A stretch of 64,000 nt of DNA from assembly GCA_002633005.1 (NCBI GenBank), contig NMRA01000266.1, positions 516,869-580,868 on the forward strand. Reading direction: 5' to 3'. Below the pieces are notes generated by a model. The model was not told the origin of the DNA, searched no databases, and saw only the letters and a list, made by a program, of their open reading frames with translations. Position numbers and translations under genes: made by a program. Of this stretch, positions 1 to 11,600 are shown piece after piece. The stretch comes from Phoronis australis (Eukaryota; Animalia; Phoronida). Each line of letters opens with the position of its first letter. Position 1 is the stretch's first letter.

Positions 1-439
1 AGAGAGCATCAAAAATCAGAATGCCTGAAAAAGACTGATAATGATTTGCCAAGTAATTGAAATCAGCTGAGGTCTCCCGAACCACTCACATGTTTGACAA
101 AGAAATATTACGTTTAAAGAAATGCTATGAGAAGCAAGAAATTGACACACAGTATATGAAGATTAAGTTTTTGCAAGAGACCCACGAGGTTTGTCAGTTA
201 TATGAATAATTGAAAAGCCGTGGTTTTGAAGGTTTTTAGAATCTGTAGAGGTTTGTATATCTTTCTCTCAAAACAATTTGTCATTTTGATCTTTAATACT
301 ATAATTACAAATTTCATTTGGCACTGGCTGTGGTACAAATTCATGGTAACAGAGTGGCTTTATCTGCTAGTCACTTAGAACTGAAACTATTCAGTGAAGA
401 TCCCTTTGGAACCAAAGAACCGTACCTTGATATAGTATG

Positions 440-1012
440 TGTACAGCCATTTCGTCCATATCTCACGGACTTGATTCGCCACTGGGTGTGCCCTCTGTTG
501 TTGTAGAATAAAACAATAAAAACACTAACAGGGATACTCCTTAATGCTGGGCGATTCCATAACAGGACTGAATGCACCGCTGGTAGATCAATTACAGGGT
601 CTCTGTTAAGACTAGGTCTGTGGACTTGGATTTCAATTGCTTCTCGTATCCTGCGCTTCCACTTCTCTGGGTGCAGACTTAATATACTGAAGTCCTCCTC
701 AGAGATCTGGTGATGTAGATCTCTGTCATGCTCTTGGACAGCAGTAATAGGCCTGAGGTTGAAGTTATGGTTGTCCTTAACTCTGGTCGATAACTGGCGA
801 CCCGTGTGTCCAATATAGTTTTCAGTACACTCACTACACTGTCGTGTATTCGTACATCACCCCACGCCTCTCGAGGGGGGGATGACGGTTCTTTCACTGA
901 TGGCAGGATGGACGGAATAGTGTTAAACCGTTTGGGAAACATCTTGATGTTGTGTTTATGGTAGACGGGCTGATTTCTTTCGGAGATTCGTCTGACATAG
1001 GAAATACACACA
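440..1012 (-). mobile_element. Penelope-like retroelement 3' remnant (GIY-YIG endonuclease, frameshifted) with 3' hammerhead-like motif
   Basis: Minus-strand frames join to ...PLERRGVMYEY/CSECTENYIGHTGRQLSTRVKD...AVQEH..HHQISEEDFSILSLHPEKWKRRIREAIEIQVHRPSLNRD, the GxxY-YIG-R-H-E-N pattern of Penelope GIY-YIG domains. Confidence 0.85.
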
Positions 1013-1952
1013 GTGAAGTTGATGATCGCAGGATCAGCGGGTCGCCCTGACATGTTCATTCCTTGTTACGTACATCGAACATCCAGCCATGATATACGTC
1101 GGCACCCAATGCTCATTTCACATGACGATCCTCAGCTTCCTTCAAAACTGTGTCAATACAATGCCAGTAATTTGCTAAAATATAATACCAAGTTGTATTA
1201 GAAATCTAAAATGCCAATGTTCTGTACCGATGTTTGGTTATTTCTCGTCAGTCTGACATGGGAGTTTTTGTCATGTTCTTGTCTGCATAAATAATCAGCG
1301 TTGTTGCTGTTATCATAAGCTGTAAGCAACGTTCATCATTATCACTATCTTTTTCTTCTATCCTGTAATATCATGATAACGTAAAATTTACTTATTGAAA
1401 TATATACGTATCGCCATTGGTCTAAAGTATAACTAAGGCCAAACAATGCATAATTGCCAAATGTGTTACAAACTAGACAGTAACATTGTGACGTCTAAGA
1501 ATATAGTGGATGAATTTTAGAGATATTGGGAGTTCTCATGAGGAATTTGAATTTAAATACCGTGATGTGGGAGAATGACCAAAGTGACCATTTGTGTATT
1601 ATGGCTGAAGATCTCAGTACGCACTTCACACTTAAGTGGTATTTGTCTTGCTCACCACCCAAGTCATATAACTTACTGCGATGTATTTTCGTAAGGAATA
1701 TTTGCGTGACGTCCACTTTCCGCAAGCCATGGACAGTTGAAACTGCGCAGTCGCGTCAACGACTGAACTAATACTCACGGGATACTAATTATCCGTAAGT
1801 GATTCTGTAGGAAGTACGTTGTTTTGTGTTACATTCCATGTCATGCTAAAGTGAGTTGCATTTCCTGCCTAAAATTGCTTTGCTAGTACCCATGCCTCGT
1901 AAAATCTTTTTGTAATTTGCAGTTATTTTGATGACTCTTTTCTTAACTGAAT

Positions 1953-2305
1953 GGTCCATTTACAGTGATGTCCTGCTGAATTAAATGGCATATTGATATT
2001 GCGGGTCCATTTATAGTGATGTCCTGCTGAATTAAATGGCATATTGATATTGCGGGTCCATTTATAGTGATGTCCTGCTGAATTAAATGGCATATTGATA
2101 TTGCGGGTCCAGTTACAGTGATGTCCTGCTGAATTAAATGGCATATTGATATTGCTGGTCCATTTACAGTGATGTCCTGCTGAATTAGATGGCATATTGA
2201 TATCGCGGGTCCATTTACAGTGATGTCCTGCTGAATTAAATGGCATATTGATATTGCGAGTCCATTTACAGTGATGTCCTGCTGAATTAAATGGCATATT
2301 GATAT
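1953..2305. repeat. 51-bp minisatellite, ~7 copies (SUCO intron)
   Basis: Unit ccatttacagtgatgtcctgctgaattaaatggcatattgatattgcgggt repeated head-to-tail. Confidence 0.95.
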
Positions 2306-2529
2306 TTCGGGTTTCTTAACAAAGATAGGCTTCTGCCTAGGAAGTAACACGGTCTATTTTTCATAGTCCATTCGTATTAGTGTGCATTCACATCTGTCGT
2401 AATACGTAACTTTGATGCTATTCAAAAGACAGCTTTCTTACAGATGCATTCATCAGTTACTTTGCCTCTCATTTACAGTTTAAGTATTTGAAACGGCCCA
2501 TTTTCATATTGCGTTTCTTAAATTTCCAG

Positions 2530-2661
2530 AAGTGAGAGAGATGGTGTCCAGTCAGGTGACACCGAGACACCAACAGGAGGCAGCACTAATGGCACGTCTG
2601 ATCAAGCTGAGCTTCCCACCTTGGACGTCCCTGATACAACTGCTCAAGAGTCTGAGAGCAA
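2530..2661 (+). CDS. SUCO: SUCO exon (acidic S/T-rich N-terminal region)
   Basis: ttccag|...|gtaag, open frame [14 protein letters not shown]..., phase 2/2 fits next exon. Confidence 0.7.
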
Positions 2662-5600
2662 GTAAGAAACAAATACCTTTGCCACAAGTTTATTTATTTA
2701 TTTATTTATTTATTATTATTGTGATATTTAAAATGAGGGTGGCCTCTTCAGTGATAGCACTGCTTTCCAAGAGGGCCCTCAAGTGCTAACTTTTTGCTGA
2801 AACCTGTAATTTGGCATGGTCAAGCTTAACCTGGTTCTTTCGTTGAATACATGCTCACTTTCTTGACGTTTACATTTCCTGTTGCTGTTAATTGTTTCAG
2901 CATTGGGTGTTTTCTATACCCTTCCAAAATAGTGTCCTAATGCATTCAAGCAATCTTTAAAATACTAGCATTTCGGAAGGTGATCGTTTGACATTCTATT
3001 CTCAGTACACCACAATGTTCATGTTTATACTGTGCGTGTTCTAAAATGAACGTAGGTGTTCTATTTTAGAACACAAGTGATGCGCTGACGCGTCATTTCG
3101 CTTAGATTGTAGGTGGAGTGCCTCATTCAGTCATGGGTTTTAGTTAGTTGTGCTGTTTAGTGTATTCCATTCACATGTTGATATTGCAGTCAAGACAAGG
3201 AGACAGAAAGCCAAATTGATGATCTCGGCAAAAAGGAAGGTACTGGTGAGTCTCGTGTTCTGGAAGAAACTGTCCACCCGGAGCAGTTAACTAAACCAGG
3301 TACTTGGGCCTTGTCTTGTCAAAGGTTGAAAACACAGTTGTAGCAAAGGTGGCCATAAGCAGCTTTTTGTGAACCCAGCCCTGCATATCTTGACTGTGTG
3401 GTATTCACCTTTAACAATCACCTTCATAAAGTGTGCTAGTAAATTGTGTGCCACTAAGAATCCAAGAGAGGACAGTCTTTGCCAAGGTCAGTCTTAGCCG
3501 AGCTCAGTATTAGCCGAGGTCAGTCTTAGCCGAGGTCAGTCTTAGCCGAGGTCAGTCTTAGCCGAGGTCAGTCTTAGCCGAGATCAGTCTTACAACCATT
3601 GACAAAATGGGTTCACCCTGCTTGCTAAGTCTTGCAAGACAAGACTGATCGTTAGTTGGGATTTCTAGTGTCCGAATAGTGTCCGAATGGCATGAATGAT
3701 GGGTAATATTCTATGGCCAGGTTGGTCAGTATTGAGGTTTATCAGAAGTTGGTCATATCACGTTTCAGTGACAGAGGCTTGGGGCTTGAACAAGATTTGT
3801 TTCTCAAAGAGTGGAAAAGGGTGGGGACGCAGTTTGTCTTTCGTTTCCGTAACCGTGGAACAGACTGGGGGCACGAAACATTTTTCAACCAATCGGAGGC
3901 CATAAGTATCGGTGGTTGTGTAATGATTTTTGGTGTTGTAGCTCCTGATACAGCTCAGCCCACTGCTCAGACACAAGATCCCATGCCAACAGATGTCGCT
4001 AGTCACACGTCCACAGATGGCAGTAGTGGTGCACAGACAGAGACTTCTCCCCCTGTCTCAGATGACACTCAGGATAACCTTGAAGAGTTTGAAGAGTGGA
4101 AGAAGAAGCGGATGCCAGATATCGGTGAGGAAAGCTTCTTGGTGTTCAGACAAGCTTGCACAATATTACCCATTCATGATCGTACTTTTCTAGTGGTTAT
4201 AAGTTACTACATTATCATTGTTGTACCATGCTTGGTCTGTACACTAGTACTTCATTATAGTTGTCGTTTAATGTCGCTATTTTCTCTTAAGTACGGCATT
4301 TTTAAGATATTTATTCAATACTTGGGAAAATATTTATTTTTGCTAATCAGGTGTTAAGATGTGCACTTGTGTTCAGAGCTATAAGTTCCCTAAATGAGTT
4401 TTTCCTTTGATAGCTCGTACTTTTTTCGTGACTTTGTTAATGTAGCAGTTGCGACATCTATTGGACATTACCACAGGATGTTTGTCTCATCTTGGCTCCA
4501 TGGTTAAATTATGTGTTGAGCTTGAAAATCCATATTGGAAAGATTAACCAAGCTTAGAATTATGCATCGTCATTCAAGCTTTTGTTCGCTTTACAAGTTT
4601 TCACAATTTTGAAGACTTCTGCCAACGCCTATTGAATGTGTTCTCCATTGTTACAAAAAAGAAGGACAAGCAACTTTTGTGATCTTTGTACCTGGGTCTA
4701 GGAACATGATTCGTTTCAATGTATAACTTACAAAAGTTTCGTTACATTTTAATTTTAACTGTCAAACTCTGGACCAGGAACTTAAAGCTTGACTAAGCTC
4801 GCTCAAATTTAGTTGAGTACCTCACCACTCATCAGAATTGTTGTCTCCAATAGGGGGCGATGTTGTCACGGAGTCCAGCAATAGTCAAGACATCATCAAA
4901 CCAGGCAAGAAGCTGACCAACTTTGCAAGTGCTGAGTGTGGGGCAAAGGTCATGGCCTCTAACCCCGAGGCCAAGAACGCCCCCTATCTGCTGAGTGAGA
5001 ATAAGGATGAATACATGATCAACCCATGCAGCGCTAAGAAGTGGTGAGTTGCGGATCAAGAGTAGTCGTGGCGATTATTGTCAGTTGAATCTCGTTAATA
5101 ATACTGGCATTTAATGTGTAGGTCAAGCCCTAATGTTGCTGAATTCAATCTGGAAAAAATTATGTTAGCAACTACCAGTCGTCCACGGAAACCATTTTCA
5201 TTCATATGAAGGTAATGATGCTTGTGATTTTGATAAACACAACTTTGTTTATTTATGATGTAGCTCACTGCCACTTCACACTATGTGGCAGTGTAGCCGA
5301 TTTTGTAGAGTGTCAAACTTAAACGAATTATAATGGTGATCTTAATTTCTCATGACGGTACAAGAAATGTGATTCAGAATCAAGTAACATCGTTAAACTT
5401 CATTCCTTTTGTTTCTTTTGTTATATAATTTCTCACTCTTGAGGTTATAAGATATTTTTCTCTCTAGTTGTGCTTAAGAATACCGTGCTATCTTTATGGT
5501 CTAGTCTATGTTTGCAGTCCAGATATTTGCCCGCCAAATATGTTACCGCAAATTGTCTGTTGAAGTTCACCAGTCCACCATAACCTCTCCGTCCTTACCC

Positions 5601-8600
5601 TAGGTTTGTTGTGCAGCTGTGTGAGGCTGTTGAACAGATCCATGCCATAGAGATAGCTAATCTGGAGTTGTTCTCCTCTGTGCCAGAGACATTCAAAGTC
5701 TTTATAAGTGACAGGTACATTGTAACTGTAGATATCAAAAATTGTTGTTTAGATGAACCTTTGCGGTGGGTTTTTATACTTGTTTATTGTAATGCTGATT
5801 ATATAATATGATTTTTGTAATTAGGTCTCAGTTTCAGTTAAAGGGATATTTTGGTTTCCCAAAAAGTGCGTTTTTGGGAATTGTTGAATGGGATAGACTT
5901 CTTATGGACTTTTTTGAGGCTTTGACCAGAGTTATGAAACGATGAAATCGTGACCATTGTTTTGTGATTTAATTTATTACAAATCACCAATTTTCGACAT
6001 TGTTTGTCTCACAGTTGCCGTAGTCAAGGCCAGTGACTTTTCCAGTTAAATACGCTTAAATCATAGTCATTTATCACTTTAATATCTGTCATTTATCCAG
6101 TGAGATTTAACTTGCTGGTAGTGCGTTTGGGCTGCCACAACGAAGGTTCTCGGTTGGAATTCACACTGGGGCTGTTCTCAGAAAAATCACCTTTCCAGAT
6201 ATTGTCATAAAAAGTCTAAGCTATCTATCTAGAAATGTGTTTTAAAAGTAACTAGCCTAATATTTAATTATTTTTACTGATTCATTCGGGTCCAATATCC
6301 ATATCTAGCATATTAATCTAATTTGTTTGTTTGTTTATTTGTTTTCTTTTCTCACTAATGCGCTGCCTAACCACCTTACCAGGTTCCCAGTCAAAGAATG
6401 GACGTTTCCCCTAGGTACATTCCATGCTAAGGAGCACCGTAGTGTCCAGTCTTTCAACGTGACTGCCAAATCACAGGTAACCTGTTTGTATTACCTCTAA
6501 CTGCCAAATCACATGTAACCCGTTCATATTTCATATAAGTGCCAAATCATTGGTAATTTGACCGTATTCCATGTAACTACCAAATCACAGGTAACCTGAT
6601 CGTATTCCATGTCCTCTCATGAATTTCCTACTCCTCGTATAAACAGAAACTTGTGCGCAAGACTACGTAATTTCCAAAATGGTTCATACGGATTATGTTG
6701 GACCATTCTCTACCTTGAAAAGCGTTGAGCAAACTCAGAACAAGTCTTGCTTTTTTGCAAGAAAAGCGTTGAGCAAACTCAGAACAAGTCTTGCTTTTTT
6801 GCAAGAAAAGCGTTGAGCAAACTCAGAACCAGTCTTGCTTTTTTGCAAGAAAAGCGTTGAGCAAACTCAGAACAAGATGTTTTGGTGATGATTTCTGAGT
6901 AGATTTTCCACCGTGGTCTACTGAGGTATTGGCGTTCAGTGGTAGATGCACATTTAGAGAGAGGTATTTAGTCAGAAGTATAAAGCAAAAACTGCTGAAC
7001 CAGATGAGTAAGAAACTAACAGACGTACAGATGAGATGGTGTGACTTTGTGGAGGACACACTGCTAGACCCTTGTGTCAGGTCTCTAGATACTTGACCTA
7101 GTGGGGCACACTGCTAGACCCTTGAGTCAGGTCTCTAGATACTTGACCTAGTGGGACACACTGCTAGACCCTTGAGTCAGGTCTCTAGATACTTGGCCTA
7201 GTGGGGCACACTGCTAGACCCTTGAGTCAGGTCTCTAGATACTTGACCTAGTGGGNCTTGAGTCAGTCTATAGCTACTTGGCCTAGTGGGGCACACTGCT
7301 AGACCCTTGTGTCAGTCTACAGCTACTTGGCCTAGTGGGGCACACTGCTAGACCCTTGAGTCAGTCTACAGCTACTTGACCTAGTGGGACACACTGCTAG
7401 ACCCTTGAGTCAGGTCTCTAGATACTTGGCCTAGTGGGACACACTGCTAGACCCTTGAGTCAAGTCTCTAGCTCCTCAACTTGGTTTTCACTATACACGA
7501 ATGTGAGCGGTGCAGTGGGACCACCTGAACGATCTGCGCACGTCTGGTACACGTCTGTCTGGTACACGTCCGTCTGGTACACGTCGCACCAGACCTCCTG
7601 TAAATTTTACATTAAGTCACAATAGATAATAACAGAAATGTGTAGATAAGGATTACGCTTGAGGGCGGACCTTGTCCAATCCTGCTCCAATGAGATGTTG
7701 ATGTATATCGAGCTTGTCCAATCCTGCTCCAATGAGATGTTGATGTATATCGTAGATGTTCGCTAAGTACGTGCGGTTTGAGATGTCAACTCACTATGGC
7801 AAGGAACACTACTGCCCCCTCAGTCTCCTGCGTATATACGCTACCAGCGTAGAGGACATGGGGGATGACGGTGATTCTGATGGCGGTGGGGAGCAAGAAG
7901 GAGCCGGGGTGGACAACAAAGTTGGTGAAGGTGAGCTGGGCTGTAGATGTTTTTTGTACTCTTTTTTGATCTCGTCGTCATATTCGTCATCTTCGTCATC
8001 CTCTCTATTGTCGACTTTTCTGTTAATTTCGCCAAGTGTCGCTCCACGGAGCACTTTCATTTGATCTGTTCCCATGGTTTCTGCAAAGTCTTAAGTATTG
8101 TTTTGGGTAATATTTCAAACGAATAAGAGTATCTGGCAAGTGATTCCCTGGTATTTTGATTTAATGTTGATCATGTTTTCCTGATTTTGTTGCCATTGTC
8201 ATTTTCATCTGTGCCACCATTGTCTCTGTAATTATCGTTGTCATCATATTTTTTTATTGTCACCGTCATCATCATTTGAATCGATCATTATCACCATCAT
8301 CACTGTCATCATTGCTGCTATCATCATTTTAATTTGTCATCATTACCATCACCATTGTCAACATCGTCTTCTCCATCGTAATCGTCACTTAAATCACCAA
8401 CACTGTCATCATCATTGTCATTACCATCAAGCTCTGCTTTTTGCGAAAAGTAAGGTGACACCTGACAAACAAACAGTTTTACCCCACAACGCATTGTTTG
8501 TCGGGTAAAATGGCGGCTTGGAAACGAAGGTGTGTCGAGAATGCTGCATTCTGATTGGTCTGTTAAGCTGTCACTCAAAATCCTGGCGATAGGTCAATCG

Positions 8601-11600
8601 TTGTCGTCATGATCATAGTCTCTATCATCACCACTATTACCGTTTTCATCATCATTGTCATTATCTACTGCTGTTGCCATCATCACATCATCAGCACCAT
8701 TGTCGTCACCACCAACACAATAATTGTCATCATCACCATAACCTTCATCAGCATTGACACCGTCTACTTAATTCATAGTTTCACACCAAATCTCTTGTCG
8801 TTTTACTGTCACCGTCTCATGCTTCATTCCAGCCACACCCATCCAAGACAGTGATGCCCCCTCCAACCTGTTCTCCACCACGGCCGACACTGTTCTGAGC
8901 CTCGTGAAGAGTGTCCTATCACCCACTGATGCTGGTCACCAAGGTGATACGGGTAAGGGGAAATGGCGGTCGCCAAAAGCAATCGGACAAAATCACGTTT
9001 CTTTGTCTAACTTAATCTTTGGGTAATGACGCATTGGGATTAGGTATTTCTGCTAATTTGGTTATGAATTTTGCTTGCACTCGGCTGTCGTGACTGGGAA
9101 GAATTCTGCTCATGTTGAATGATATAGGAATTCCGGGTCATTTTGCCCGATTCTTTTTGCCGTAAACTGCAAAAGGTGAATGTTTTCAACATGGGAACTG
9201 AATATCCACCCCTAAGTATTGCCCCACCAAATGGCTCTGTGGACATGACTGTGATGTGAACCTTTCCCCTTGTAGTGAATCGGAGAAGACTGGTCATGAG
9301 GGATGATAGTCGTCTTATACAGAATTTTGACACTGGAATCCCCAGTTATGAATTTGATGGAAACTGTAACAAAAACAAAGGCATTTAAAACATCTGAAGA
9401 AAAACAAACAACAGAACTAAAAGCAATCATCAATTCAACATCATCGCCCCATCTAAGGCTTGATTTGGTATAGGTGTTCCTGGTCATTAGCAGAGTGTCT
9501 GTGTGAAATGTCGGTTAACCTCCTATAATTGCTTTCCTAGTTGGAGGACAATCTGCATCAAACATTTTTGTTTTTTCAGCCAAGCCAGTTAACCAGACAG
9601 TCTTCAATGAGACCTCTGGTGTCAATAAATCGTACTACGCACCCAACACAAACTTTAGCAAAGAAGGTCTTCCACTTCCATGTACTCAAGATGGTGATGG
9701 TGAGGGGCAGGATCCTGATATTGTCACTGTATCCAAGGAGCTCTCTGGTGAGTTGCTGGGGTTGCTGTAATTAAGGATCTCTTTTGTGAGTTGCCATGGT
9801 TACTGTAACCAATGACCTCTCTGGAATCATAATAAAAAATTTGTTATTTTGCTCAAGGTCGGAGCTTTTCCCAAATTCTAGAAAAAGGCAATATTGGCCA
9901 TCTCAAATTCGAGAAATTATCGGATCTGAAGATCGAAAACACAAAATCCCATAAACACCTTTGTCCCAAATCCCAGAATCAGGATAATTCAATTTTTCAA
10001 AAGTATTTGTGTCCCAAATAATAAAGGCTGTGCCACAGTAGAGGACTTATATTGTAGTGTGAAAATTTTTTTTCTTTCAATAAACTGTTGTGGTATTGTT
10101 GGAATTTATTGGTTTGCTTTGATTAACATTCCAAATTATTATGGTATATTTCAAGTTTGTATTACACGTATGCATTCTACAACAAATCTTCCCTGATGTA
10201 GCTCACAATATGGCCAACATGGGAAATTCTATCATGTCAAATTTCTCCACCAAAAATTTAAAGTCAAAGTTAGTCTACGGTTTATACCATAAAGATTAAA
10301 AGTTTCCATGATTTGGAGCAAAGGAATCGACCTTTGAAGAATGAAAAAAATTAAATTTTTGGCAATTACTTTCGTTCAAAACATGTGGAATAATATCGTA
10401 GGTATTTTACCTTTACAAATACTGCTGCATCTGCCCCCAGAGTTGTTTGCTGTAGTTTTTGTGTCTACCTGCTTTCTGAAAAAGCACCAAGGGTAAGATT
10501 TCTTGACTTGTGCTGCCTTTATATCTCAATTTTCCAATTTGCCGCCTACGTGTATGGCTTACTCCTCCAACTATCTGCTCCCAGGGGTCGTTTGGTTTAG
10601 TTTTCGTTAGTGGCTAGTACCTGGGAGTTTCCACAAAGCCAGCCAGGGTCACTTACACGAGTTGCCTGGGACAACACGTCCAGGAGTAGAGACCGTGCCT
10701 TATTCTGCCATGCTCCGTTTTACAGACTCCCAAACCCAGGTGAATGTGTCGGAGGAAACTAGCTCATCTGTACCCACCTCTGAACCGGCGCCCGTTGTCA
10801 CCAAGTTAGCCGACCATGAGCAACAACCAGTGGACATCTCACTGCCCAGTATAGTGACTCTAGTCGAGCGACCTTCGACCTCGGTCAGAGAAGTGCCGTG
10901 GTCTGCATACTCCTGTCTTGTGTGTGAACCTGTGACAGATAAGTGTATGACGAACACTTCAGATATTTGTAGTTACGTGCGACTGGTGATGGCAAGTGTG
11001 CCTAGGCGTCCTTATGAGATGAGAACTCGAGAGTCTTCTGTGGTAACTGATGCTGTAGGAAATGGTGTACAATTAGAAACTGTTTCTTCAGTTTCTGAAA
11101 GTTCGCATTCGCAGACAATGACAGAATTGACATCTGAATCCACTGGCAGTCAGGACTCTGTGTTGTCATGGAAACAGCTAAGCCACTCCCACTCCACCTC
11201 CACTGAGACTGGTGAAGTGGCTGATACACAAGAGACCGCGTCTTCGGTGGCAGCAGCCCCCTCTGTTGTTGAGCCAGATAGTGCGAGTTCATTTTCATCT
11301 GTATCCGAAGGTCTGAGTGTAGGTACTGACCGCGACGTGGTCCAGTCTCCACATTGTGACTCAGCANCTGTACCCACCTCTGAACCGGCGCCCGTTGTCA
11401 CCAAGTTAGCCGACCATGAGCAACAACCAGTGGACATCTCACTGCCCAGTATAGTGACTCTAGTCGAGCGACCTTCGACCTCGGTCAGAGAGGTGCCGTG
11501 GTCTGCATACTCCTGTCTAGTGTGTGAACCTGTGACGGATAAGTGTATGGCGAACACTTCAGATATTTGTAGTTACGTGCGACTGGTGATGGCAAGTGTG

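Noticed and set aside
1923-2350. Repeat-protein ORFs (17-aa units) and CRISPR-like periodicity
   Set aside because: Head-to-tail 51-bp units with no unique spacers, intronic, open only because the unit is a multiple of 3.
8257-8854. His-rich and Ile/Thr-rich ORFs
   Set aside because: Translations of a degenerate (ATC)n microsatellite inside a SUCO intron.
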